A stretch of DNA of 32,000 nucleotides from Ktedonobacterales bacterium (GCA_030167145.1 CP126532.1:1980001-2012000); one strand, 5' to 3'; counted from the first letter of the stretch, positions 16,363-24,794 are shown. The notes: generated by a model from the letters alone, not told the origin. Program-made: numbers and translations.

Positions 16363-17190
16363 CTAGGGCACGCGGCGGCGTTTGACGCCCGCGCGGTCGA
16401 AGAAGGGGTCGAGGCGCTGGGCAAGTTGCTTGAGGTGGTGGCTGGGCACTTGGGGATAGAGGTGATGTTCGAGATGGTAGGTTAGCTCTAGGAAGAGCGC
16501 GGGGATGAGGTGTCCGCGCAGGGTATGTGTCTGGGTGAGCGGGGTGTCGCCGTACTTGCGGTGGGGCAGATGCACGGTCAGCAGAGGATAAACCCAACTG
16601 CCAACGATGGCCAGCGCCGCGTAGAGAAGAATATAGGGAGTCACGCGCCATAGCAGCACACCTAATACAATCGCAAGCCAGGGCATGAGCGCCTCGACTA
16701 CCAGCCAGATACGCTGCCGGGGACGGCGCGCCTGGCGCTGATAGGCCCACCACCAGAGCCGCGCGAGGAAGACGGGGCCATAGAAGATCGCGCCGAGTAT
16801 GCTGATTTTGGCGGGGTAGCCTTCGGGGTCGTTCTCGCCTGGGAAGACTTTGTGATGCTGCAAATGCGTTGTACGGTAGGCGTGGCCGCTTTCCAGCAAT
16901 ACTGCGCCGGTGAAGAACAAGGCCCAATCGGTCTGCCGCCGGTTGAGGCCGAGGGTGCTGTGTACGACATCATGGGTGACGGTGACGACGGCGACGAAGA
17001 TCAAGAAGACGATGAGCGGCGTCAGCCACCAGAGGCCAAGGGCCACAGCCAGCGCATAGATGCCCACGCTGATGAACGGGCGGGCGAGGGCGATGCGCCG
17101 CTGGCTGGGAGTGGTGACGAGCAGGTCAGCGCCCAGCTCGTCGAGGGTGGGTAGCCGGGGATTGGTGGATGCTTGTGCTGTCGCGGTCAT
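16363..17190 (-). CDS. Membrane fatty-acid-desaturase-family protein (three His boxes). CrtR/CrtW-like is possible.
   Basis: Within ORF 16363..17256. ATG 17190 (MTATAQAS...) lies 4 nt after the upstream stop, with GGAGG embedded in the last codons of the upstream gene. The His boxes are HDVVH, HLQHH and HLEHH. Several TM helices are present. Confidence 0.8.
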   Translation of the reverse strand: MTATAQASTNPRLPTLDELGADLLVTTPSQRRIALARPFISVGIYALAVALGLWWLTPLIVFLIFVAVVTVTHDVVHSTLGLNRRQTDWALFFTGAVLLESGHAYRTTHLQHHKVFPGENDPEGYPAKISILGAIFYGPVFLARLWWWAYQRQARRPRQRIWLVVEALMPWLAIVLGVLLWRVTPYILLYAALAIVGSWVYPLLTVHLPHRKYGDTPLTQTHTLRGHLIPALFLELTYHLEHHLYPQVPSHHLKQLAQRLDPFFDRAGVKRRRVP

Positions 17191-17194
17191 CTTC

Positions 17195-18808
17195 TCACCT
17201 CCAATGACTCTGGCTGGATGGGGTTCTATCCGCGCGCAATGGGAGAGGAAGCGCATAGATGGGTTCAGCCGCGCTGGCGCTGCTAGTGCTGGCAGTGGGC
17301 GTTCTGGCGAGGCGTGGGATGAGGCGGCGACGGGAACGAGCGGCGGCTATCACGCCATCCGCGACGATACGGCTGCCGAGGACGCAGGCGACGGTGCCGA
17401 GGCCGGGCCAGGTGGTGTCGCCCACGAGCCAGAATCCGGGCACGCCGAGCATGTGTGGAATCGCGTGCTGATTTGTGTTGGCGAGCGATTGGCGCACACC
17501 GCCAACCGCGCCACGCGGGCGATGCAGATAGCGGGCATAGGTATGCGGCGTGGCGACCTCGTAGACGACGGCGTTCTCGCCCAGGTCGGGATAGACACGC
17601 CGGGCGTAGCGCAGCAACGCCTCGCCAATGTCGCGTTTCCGCGCCACATAGTCGTCGGCGGAGAGGCGTTCCCAGGGCGCTAGCTCGCAATGGGTGGAGA
17701 GCATGACGGCGCGATGTCCTGGTGGCGCGCTGATGAGATCGCCGGGGGCCGAGACGGAAACGAACATGTTGTTGCCATTGCCGAGCGGCTGGCCGTACTC
17801 CTGAAGTAGCTGATGGTGAGTGAAGGCGTGGCCTGCGACCTCTGCCTCTGGCACGCCGAGGAAGACCACAGCCGCGCCACCGAGCGAACCTTCGTCCCGT
17901 TCGAGATAGGGCGCGAGCCAGGCGCGAACGGACGGGGGAGCGATCTGCGCGGTGAGTTGCGCGGGCAGCGCGCAGACTACCTGACGGGCAGCATACGTGC
18001 CGCGCCGGGTGACGAGCGTGAAGTCGCCGTGGCGTCCTTCGATGCGCTCGACGGCGGCGCCGACGCGCAGGTCGCCGCCCAATGCGCGATACTGCGCGCG
18101 GAACTGCTGCCAGAAGCCCCACATGCCGCCACTGGCGCGGGTTAGCCCGGCGCCGCGAATGGTGATGCCGAGCGCGGCATTGATCAGCGGGGCGTCGTCT
18201 ACGGTGCTGTGAACGGTATCCTCGACCAGCATCGCGAGCAGCCCGACGAGGGGCAGATCGTCTCGTAAGTCGAACGCGCGCAGTGTGTCACCCAGCGTCC
18301 AGGTGATGTAGCGCGCCAACGGGAGATTGCGGAGGCCGAGCAGCGTGGCGGCATGCGCGAGGTCGCTGGGGTGGCGCATGGGCAGCTTGATTCCGCTGCG
18401 GCTGGCAGCCCAGAATGCGTCGGCCAGGTGGTCCAGCAGCCGCCAGAGTGCGCAGTGCGCGGGTGTGTCGCCGAGCATGCGCAGCCGTTCTTCAGCCCAC
18501 ATGCTGCTATCGCGGTGGAGCGTGACAGCGCGGTCGGGAAGCCAGGCGACGTATCCGGGCAGCGGCTCGCCGGCGATGGGTGGCATGCCGATGCTCTGGA
18601 GGAGTTCGCCGCCGACGCCGCCCGGCTCAAAGTCTACCAGGGTGGTCGCACCGACATCGAAGGCGAAGCCCTTGCGCCGGTAGAAACCCGCGCAGCCGCC
18701 CGGCTGGCCGTGCGCCTCGAAGACGATGGTGGAGAGTCCGCGCGCTTGCAGACGCGCAGCGGTCGCCATGCCCGCGATCCCGCCACCGACGATTGCGACA
18801 TCGTGCAT
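17195..18808 (-). CDS. CrtI/phytoene-desaturase-superfamily FAD-dependent oxidoreductase
   Basis: Within ORF 17195..18826. The likely start is ATG 18808 (MHDVAIVGGGIAGMATAARL), which has GAGGTG upstream, with 18826 as an alternative. An N-terminal GxGxxG Rossmann motif is followed by E..G.PGG. The length is about 537 aa. Confidence 0.8.
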   Translation of the reverse strand: MHDVAIVGGGIAGMATAARLQARGLSTIVFEAHGQPGGCAGFYRRKGFAFDVGATTLVDFEPGGVGGELLQSIGMPPIAGEPLPGYVAWLPDRAVTLHRDSSMWAEERLRMLGDTPAHCALWRLLDHLADAFWAASRSGIKLPMRHPSDLAHAATLLGLRNLPLARYITWTLGDTLRAFDLRDDLPLVGLLAMLVEDTVHSTVDDAPLINAALGITIRGAGLTRASGGMWGFWQQFRAQYRALGGDLRVGAAVERIEGRHGDFTLVTRRGTYAARQVVCALPAQLTAQIAPPSVRAWLAPYLERDEGSLGGAAVVFLGVPEAEVAGHAFTHHQLLQEYGQPLGNGNNMFVSVSAPGDLISAPPGHRAVMLSTHCELAPWERLSADDYVARKRDIGEALLRYARRVYPDLGENAVVYEVATPHTYARYLHRPRGAVGGVRQSLANTNQHAIPHMLGVPGFWLVGDTTWPGLGTVACVLGSRIVADGVIAAARSRRRLIPRLARTPTASTSSASAAEPIYALPLPLRADRTPSSQSHWR

Positions 18809-19049
18809 GTGCTGTACACCTCGCATGAAACCGGCTCATGATGAAGAGTACGGAACAGCTTGCCCGGCTCAGCCGCAGTGTGTGACTGCTGAGACCTACC
18901 TAGAGGGTAACTGGCGTGGCGCGTGGTGACATCCGGCGCATGCCTGATCTTGCTGGCGCGGCAACCTGACGTGGGGTAGGGTGCTATGACTACGGCAATG
19001 GACGAATCGTGCGGCCAATGGGGCGGCGCTATCTCACCTCACACAACGG

Positions 19050-19712
19050 CTATTTCTTGCTCATAGCTTGAACTTCTCGTAGAGCCTCTTCCGGTTCAAG
19101 AATGCAGAGATTGGGGAACCAGATCCTCAGTTTTTGAAGATTACGTTGGAAGTCATGTGTATTGGCGGTGACAAAGATGTCACCATCTGCTTTGATATGA
19201 GCACACAGCGCAAGGCTGTCGCTCTTTCGGTTGTTCCATGTCCGAGACCACTTTTCCCACATATTACGAAGTTCCTTGGTTTTTGGGTCCAAGACATCCG
19301 GACATGGTGCGGTTATTACTTCTGCAGGAGACCAAGGAATCGGTTGGGGCATGCGATCACAATTGGCTTGCAGTATTTCCATTGGCGTAATGTCTTTCTC
19401 AGCACAATGGGCTGTGAGATAATCTTGCCAATCGAAGTGAACAGTTGGCGAGAGGACATAATGCACCCACCGCAGAAGTTCGGGGTCTGCTGCTGGCAGA
19501 AGCTGAGTAATGCCTTCGAGGCCAACTGCTTTCATACGTTCATCTGGACTCAGCGGTTGATCTTTACGACGGTTCTCAAGAGGAAACCACGTGTAAATCG
19601 CCAGAGTGATGCTTTACTCTCGGCACAACGTGATGAGTTGCCTCAGTGGGGTAGCGTTCAGCTCATCTTTCTCAATGGCAATGATGCAGTTCCAGTCAAG
19701 CGTAATGATCAT
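19050..19712 (-). pseudogene. PIN-like domain protein interrupted by one in-frame TAA at codon 33 (19616..19614)
   Basis: ATG 19712 opens MIITLDWNCIIAIEKDELNATPLRQLITLCRE-TAA. The same frame then continues (SITLAIYTWFPLENRRKDQPLSPDER) into ORF 19050..19535. The frame was checked arithmetically: 19712-19535=177 and 19712-19616=96. The N-terminal ITLDWN and the C-terminal SDSLALCAHIKADGDIFVTANTHDF resemble the first and last PIN motifs. Confidence 0.55.
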
Positions 19713-19919
19713 CAGGCACCCGCTTTCCTATTCGTTAGTCCGTTGAAGTCTGCGCCTTTGACCAAAGATGATCTAGAGTATCCAGTTTCGCCTCTTTCTC
19801 CTTAGCATGCTCTGCTGCCTCTTAATTCTAGTCAATGACCGCCTTCTGTGTATATACTAATGCCGTAGTTAAACCAATCGCAAGTGATAGACATAGTAGT
19901 ACACGAGAGGTTGTTGCTC

Positions 19920-21191
19920 ATGACTGATGCACCAGAGCGCCCAAGTACCGATGACCGCGACGCATGGAAGGTATATTGGACTGCGCAGGGGATGCCATGG
20001 CGGGCGGATCCAGTGATTGATGAGGGGCGGCAACTTTACCTGGATGAGCGTCGTGCAATTACGCCAGACATTGAGCAAGGCATCTACCCATTCCGTGACG
20101 AGGGCGGGTCGATCAAGCTTACTAGGGCAGATGTGGAGTGGCTGCTGGCGACTCATGAAAGCGGCGGTTTCATTGGGCCGATACACTTGAGCAGCGATCC
20201 CCACAAAGGGCGTGAAGGGTTGGATTTACGAGGAGCCAACTTACGAGGAGCGAACTTGCAAGGATTGCCATTAGCTCGGCTGCGCGGAGGGCTGACATAC
20301 GATGAGCGGGCGTATGTGCCACTAGAGAAGCATGATATCGCAAGTATGCATTTGGAAGGCGCAATTCTTTCCAATGCACATCTGGAACTGGCCAACCTGA
20401 GTCGCGCGTATTTCGAGGGAGCTATCCTACGCGGGACTTACTTGTCAGGGGCCGATCTGTTTCACGCACGATTGGAGAAAACAACCCTCACCGGAGCGCA
20501 CCTTGACGGGGCCGATCTGCGTTTTGTGTTTTTTGACACGGCAACATACCTTAGAGATATCATCCTCGCCACCGACAACGCTGGCCCCTGCTGGCTCGCT
20601 GGCGTTCGGTGGGGAGGGGCCGACTTATCGCTGGTAAACTGGTCTCAGCTTCGTGAACTAAAAGATGAGCTCTGGGCGCGCCAACCACTGAATAGTGAAA
20701 GAAAGCCAAAGGGGCGGGACACACGGGTTGGTGACTACCAAACCGCAGTGAGAGCCAACCGGAAACTCGCATCTGTCTTGCGAGATCAAGGGTTAAACGA
20801 AGACGCTGACAACTTCGCCTACCGCGCTCAACAATGTCAAAGAAGTGTCTTGCGTCTCCAGCGCCACTATCTGCGCTTTTTCGGCTCAATTTTTCTTGGC
20901 GCCGTGGCTGGTTACGGGTATCGTCCATTGCGGAGCTTCGCCACCTACTTCCTTGTCATCCTTGGATTCGCCGCTACTTACCTTGTATTGGGTATTGCAA
21001 GTGGCCATGCCCTGAGATGGAACGAGGCGATCGTCATCAGTATGACCGCTTTTCATGGACGTGGCTTCTTTTCGACAGCTTTCCAGCCAAGTGATCCACA
21101 GGCAGGAGTAGCGGCAGCGGAAGCGTTTATTGGTTTGTTCATCGAAATCACTTTCATCGCCACCTTCACGCAGCGCTTCTTTGCCAGATGA
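19920..21191 (+). CDS. Pentapeptide-repeat protein with a C-terminal two-TM, K-channel-like (pore-loop) membrane module
   Basis: Within ORF 19884..21191. ATG 19920 has GAGAGG upstream. The pentapeptide runs are LDLRGANLRGANLQGLPLARL and AILSNAHLELANLSRAYFEGAILRGTYLSGADLFHARLEKTTLTGAHLDGADL. The C-terminus has TM1 (FATYFLVILGFAATYLVLGI), a re-entrant-like AIVISMTAFHGRGFF and TM2 (AAAEAFIGLFIEITFIATF). Confidence 0.8.
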   Translation: MTDAPERPSTDDRDAWKVYWTAQGMPWRADPVIDEGRQLYLDERRAITPDIEQGIYPFRDEGGSIKLTRADVEWLLATHESGGFIGPIHLSSDPHKGREGLDLRGANLRGANLQGLPLARLRGGLTYDERAYVPLEKHDIASMHLEGAILSNAHLELANLSRAYFEGAILRGTYLSGADLFHARLEKTTLTGAHLDGADLRFVFFDTATYLRDIILATDNAGPCWLAGVRWGGADLSLVNWSQLRELKDELWARQPLNSERKPKGRDTRVGDYQTAVRANRKLASVLRDQGLNEDADNFAYRAQQCQRSVLRLQRHYLRFFGSIFLGAVAGYGYRPLRSFATYFLVILGFAATYLVLGIASGHALRWNEAIVISMTAFHGRGFFSTAFQPSDPQAGVAAAEAFIGLFIEITFIATFTQRFFAR

Positions 21192-21267
21192 TCTCCACAC
21201 TCACCTCATTAAAATACAGTACGCCACATTGACGGGTAGTGCATGGCGGCTTGGGCATGTGGTGCGC

Positions 21268-21297
21268 TTGACAGCCGCGATTTTGCGGTGCCACAAT
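21268..21297 (+). promoter_or_regulatory. Candidate tRNA-Leu promoter TTGACA-18 nt-CACAAT
   Basis: A consensus -35 TTGACA is at 21268..21273 and the -10-like CACAAT is at 21292..21297. The promoter lies about 40 nt upstream of the tRNA 5' end. Confidence 0.45.
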
Positions 21298-21339
21298 GGA
21301 GGGCGGCGCGCTGTGCAGGCGTACATGCGCGCCACATTG

Positions 21340-21426
21340 GGGCGGTTGCTGAAATTGGCAGACAGGGCGGACTTAGGATCCGTTGGGGTAACACCCGTGC
21401 GAGTTCGAGTCTCGCACCGCCCACCA
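21340..21426 (+). tRNA. tRNA-Leu (anticodon TAG/UAG), class II with a long variable arm and encoded CCA
   Basis: Hand-folded. The acceptor is GGGCGGT/ACCGCCC. The D-arm is CTG-AAATTGGCAGA-CAG. The anticodon arm is GCGGA-CTTAGGA-TCCGT. The variable arm is TGGGGTAACACCCGT. The T-arm is GCGAG-TTCGAGT-CTCGC. The discriminator is A, followed by CCA, for a total of 87 nt. Confidence 0.92.
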
Positions 21427-21448
21427 CGACGACAACACACAGACTGAT

Positions 21449-21486
21449 GCGGGCGAGGAGAGCGCTTCTTGCCCGCGTTTCTTTTT
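21449..21486 (+). terminator. Rho-independent terminator of tRNA-Leu
   Basis: GCGGGCGAGGAG-AGCG-CTTCTTGCCCGC forms a 12-bp stem including 2 G-U pairs. It is followed by GTTTCTTTTT. Confidence 0.8.
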
Positions 21487-21660
21487 ACCCATCGTTTGCC
21501 CGCCGTTTGCCCACTGTTGAGGGCGCTGGGTCACAGATGGCTCACAGATGGGTGCGGGTATGTGCGGCAACCAGCGGCATACGTCTTGCGGGACTGCCTA
21601 TTTCCTGCACAGTCGTCCGCAGGTCGCGCAATGCGGCGGCCAGAATGTGCCAATGTACGA

Positions 21661-21666
21661 TATAAT
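21661..21666 (+). promoter_or_regulatory. Candidate tig promoter -10 box (perfect TATAAT)
   Basis: TATAAT lies in an otherwise GC-rich spacer about 105 nt upstream of the tig start. No convincing -35 box is present. Confidence 0.3.
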
Positions 21667-21769
21667 AGGAAGAACGATTTCGTGAACCCGCGCCGCGCTC
21701 GCCCCGTATCGGTCGGCCGCTGGATGCCGCCGGGGAGTTATGCGCCACGGAATCTCCTGGAGGATTGCC

Positions 21770-23239
21770 TTGAAGATCACCATCGAACGGCCATCGAACA
21801 CTGAGGCTGTTGTCAATGTCGAATTAGAGTGGGTCGAACTGGAGAAGGCATCGGACCGCGCCTACCAGCGGCTGGCCCAGCGCTACGATGTGCCTGGGTT
21901 CCGCAAGGGCCATGCGCCACGCACCCTGCTGGAGCGGCGGCTGGGCAAAGAAACCATCTATCAGGAGGGACTCGAAGATCTGATCGAGTCTTCGTATCGG
22001 GACGCTGTGCGCCAGAACAACCTGCAACCGCTGGCCCAGCCAGAACTTGACGCTCCGACGCTCGAATTGGGGCAGCCGTACACCTTTGTGGCGCGCGTGC
22101 CGGTGATTCCGCCGGTTGAGCTTGGCGACTATAAGGCGATTCGCGTGGCACAGCCCAAGGTCGAAATCACGGATGAGGACATCGCCAAGGTGGTGGAGCA
22201 GGTGCGCGAAGACCACGCGATGTGGCTGCCCGTGGAGCGCCCCGCCGAGATTGGCGATCAGGTGATCGTAGACCTGAAGCTGACCGCCAATGACCGCGAC
22301 ATCAGCAATCTCACCGATAACGAATTCGTGCTCGTCGAGGAGCGCCCCGGCATCTTCTCCGGCATGGATCAGCAGCTTGTCGGGATGTCTGAGGGGGAGA
22401 GCAAGGAGTTCACGACGACGATCCCCGAAGATTACGCGAATGCCGAACTGGCTGGCAAAGAGGCCAGCTACACCGTTACGCTGAAGGGCGTCAAAAATCG
22501 CGAACTGCCCGAAGCCGATGACGAACTGGCGAAGTCGGTCGGCGAATATGAGAATATGGATGGGCTGCGCGAAGCCATCCGCGAGCAGTTGCAGCGCCAG
22601 AAGGAGAACGAGGCCCGCCGCGAGGTGCGCGAGTCGGTGCTCAAGGCGGTGACGGATCAAGTGGAAATCGAGATTCCGCATGTCCTCGTCCACAATGAAA
22701 CCGATGAGATGATTGACGAGATGCAGCGCATCCTGGCGCAGAACCGGCTCAGCTTCGAGCAGTATCTGAGCATGATGAGCAAGAGCGAGGAAGAGTACCG
22801 CCAGGAGATCGAGCCTGAGGCTACCGGACGCGCCAAGCGCGAACTGGTGCTCAACGCCGTCGCCGACGCCGAGGGCATCGAACCCACGACGCGCGACCTG
22901 GAACAGTGGCTGGAACTGATGGCGCTGGTGGGCGGCGGCAAGCGGGTGCGCCTGCGCGACCTGAGCGCCGGACAGCGCGCCAGCATCACGCGACGCCTTG
23001 CCCGCGACCTGGCCACCGATCGCCTGGTGGAGATCGCCACACAAGAGGGCGAAGCGGAGGCCGAAGGCGCGCCAGCGGCAGAGGCGGAAGCCGCGACCGA
23101 CACGAAAGCCGAGGCCACGCCCGCGCCGAAACCCGCGACCAAGAGCCGGGCGAAGGCCAAAGCCACGACTGAGGCGAAGGCGGAAGCCGCAGGCGCGAGC
23201 GAAGCCGAAAGCGCTGCTGAGGCCGAGAGCGAGAGCTAA
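21770..23239 (+). CDS. tig: Trigger factor (ribosome-associated peptidyl-prolyl isomerase/chaperone) with an Ala/Glu/Lys-rich C-terminal tail
   Basis: Within ORF 21740..23239. An in-frame TTG at 21770 (LKITIERPS..., read as fMet) lies 5 nt after GGAGGA. The motifs are typical of trigger factor: FRKGHAPR, an FKBP-like middle segment and a C-terminal helical domain. The last 65 aa or so are low-complexity (EAEAEGAPAAEAEAATDTKAEA...). Confidence 0.9.
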   Translation: MKITIERPSNTEAVVNVELEWVELEKASDRAYQRLAQRYDVPGFRKGHAPRTLLERRLGKETIYQEGLEDLIESSYRDAVRQNNLQPLAQPELDAPTLELGQPYTFVARVPVIPPVELGDYKAIRVAQPKVEITDEDIAKVVEQVREDHAMWLPVERPAEIGDQVIVDLKLTANDRDISNLTDNEFVLVEERPGIFSGMDQQLVGMSEGESKEFTTTIPEDYANAELAGKEASYTVTLKGVKNRELPEADDELAKSVGEYENMDGLREAIREQLQRQKENEARREVRESVLKAVTDQVEIEIPHVLVHNETDEMIDEMQRILAQNRLSFEQYLSMMSKSEEEYRQEIEPEATGRAKRELVLNAVADAEGIEPTTRDLEQWLELMALVGGGKRVRLRDLSAGQRASITRRLARDLATDRLVEIATQEGEAEAEGAPAAEAEAATDTKAEATPAPKPATKSRAKAKATTEAKAEAAGASEAESAAEAESES

Positions 23240-23546
23240 GCGAAAGCGCGAGGTGGAGAGCGGGCGCGCAGCCCCTGAATAGGAGCGAGCGTCCGCTGAT
23301 ACCCCGGCTAGGACTTGCGCGTTGTATTTGACATTATGGCGTCGCATATGAAAGTCTAAAGCACAAGTCTCCGTCGCGCGAACGGCGCGGTGGAGGAAGC
23401 GGAAAACACATCTCCGGTCTGGATGTGTCGGGGCCGGTAGACCGTGGTTCGGCAGCGAACCCGGAACGGGTCGGGCGCGGTCCGAGTGCGGAACTGCCTG
23501 GCAACGAGGGGATGGTAGCAACGTGGCAACTACGAAGGGGACACGC

Positions 23547-24794
23547 ATGACCTATCGCTGCTCCTTCTGCGGCAAAACGCAGGATCAGGTCCAGCGCCTC
23601 ATCGCCGGACCCGGTGGGGTCTACATTTGTGATGAGTGCGTGGATCTGTGCCGCGAGATCATCGAGGAGGAGCAATCCACCCCGAAGCCTCGCGCAACCG
23701 CAGGCAAGATACCCACGCCGCGCAAAATCTTCGACCAACTGAATCAATACGTGATCGGCCAGGAACGCGCTAAGAAAACCCTCTCGGTAGCCGTCTACAA
23801 TCACTACAAACGCATCAACTCGGGCATGCAGATTGACGATGTGGAACTCGCGAAGAGCAATATTCTGCTGATCGGCCCCACTGGCTGCGGCAAAACCTAT
23901 CTCGCGCAGACGCTGGCCAAGATTCTCGATGTGCCGTTCTGCATCGCCGACGCCACCGCGCTCACCGAGGCGGGCTACGTTGGCGAAGATGTGGAGAACA
24001 TCTTGCTGCGGCTGATCCAGATGGCTGATTTCGATGTCGCGCGGGCTGAGCGCGGCATCATTTATATTGACGAAATTGATAAGATCGCCCGCAAGGCCGA
24101 CAATCCCTCGATTACGCGAGATGTCTCTGGTGAGGGCGTGCAGCAGGCGCTGCTGAAGATCATCGAAGGCACCATCGCCAATGTGCCGCCGCAGGGTGGC
24201 CGCAAGCATCCGCATCAGGATTTCATTCAGATCAACACGCAGAACATTCTCTTCATCTGCGGCGGCGCATTCGAAGGACTCGATAAGATCGTGGAACAGC
24301 GGCTCGGCAGCCACAAGATGCTGGGCTTCAAGGCGGTGGAGCAGACGCCGGAGATGAGCAATCGCGCGCTTGAGCAACTCATCCCGGACGACCTGCTCAA
24401 GTTCGGTCTGATTCCAGAGTTCGTGGGCCGCTTGCCGGTCTCGGTTTCGCTGGATAACCTGGACCATGAGGCGCTGATTCGCATCCTGACGGAGCCGAAG
24501 AACGCCATCGTCAAGCAATATCAGAAGCTGTTCCACCTGGACCGCGCCGAGTTGATCTTCACGCCCGACGCACTGGAAGCGACCGCCGATAGCGCGCTGA
24601 AACAGAAGACCGGCGCGCGCGGCTTACGCACCGTCATCGAAGAGGTGCTGCTCGACGTGATGTTCGAGATTCCATCCCGCGCGGATGTCAAGAAAGTGGT
24701 CATTGACGCGGACACGATCTTGCATCGCAAACCAGCGCAGCTCGTCGCCCGTGGCGAAACCCGCGCAGTGGAGTTGGAGGACGAATCGGCCTAG
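23547..24794 (+). CDS. clpX: ATP-dependent Clp protease ATP-binding subunit ClpX
   Basis: Within ORF 23523..24794. ATG 23547 has GAAGGGGA upstream, with GTG 23523 as an alternative start. The zinc finger is CSFCGK...CDEC. Walker A is GPTGCGKT and Walker B is IIYIDEIDK. The IGF-loop region equivalent reads MLGFKA. Confidence 0.95.
   Translation: MTYRCSFCGKTQDQVQRLIAGPGGVYICDECVDLCREIIEEEQSTPKPRATAGKIPTPRKIFDQLNQYVIGQERAKKTLSVAVYNHYKRINSGMQIDDVELAKSNILLIGPTGCGKTYLAQTLAKILDVPFCIADATALTEAGYVGEDVENILLRLIQMADFDVARAERGIIYIDEIDKIARKADNPSITRDVSGEGVQQALLKIIEGTIANVPPQGGRKHPHQDFIQINTQNILFICGGAFEGLDKIVEQRLGSHKMLGFKAVEQTPEMSNRALEQLIPDDLLKFGLIPEFVGRLPVSVSLDNLDHEALIRILTEPKNAIVKQYQKLFHLDRAELIFTPDALEATADSALKQKTGARGLRTVIEEVLLDVMFEIPSRADVKKVVIDADTILHRKPAQLVARGETRAVELEDESA

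Larger units (their letters stand above)
19031..21208. other. AT-richer two-gene insertion, a putative horizontally acquired cassette, bracketed by the imperfect direct repeat ATCTC..CTCACCTCA
   Basis: Sampled lines inside count 28/60 G+C (19081-19140 and 20341-20400), against 38/60 at 4381-4440. The 9-mer CTCACCTCA occurs at 19033..19041 and 21200..21208, and each copy follows ATCTC. I recognised no integrase or transposase. Confidence 0.5.

Noticed and set aside
19016-19030. CAATGGGGCGGCGCT at the left edge of the AT-rich cassette resembles the 5' end of tRNA-Leu with its upstream bases (CATTGGGGCGGTTGCT, 21334..21349). This could be an att-type partial tRNA duplication.
   Set aside because: Only about 11 contiguous matches are shared, and they are G-rich words that are common in this genome. 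Islands normally duplicate the tRNA 3' end rather than the 5' end. I kept it only as a weak alternative boundary in the island finding.
19134-19805. 223-aa plus-strand ORF across the PIN-like locus
   Set aside because: It is antisense to the PIN-like gene. It is Cys/Trp-rich with no recognisable motifs. The minus-strand frame gives a much more protein-like sequence with PIN-like end motifs.
23240-23546. A search for a missing or degraded clpP between tig and clpX
   Set aside because: The gap is 307 bp, whereas ClpP needs about 600 bp. No frame shows the ClpP Ser-His-Asp motifs. It is treated as a clpX leader or promoter region.
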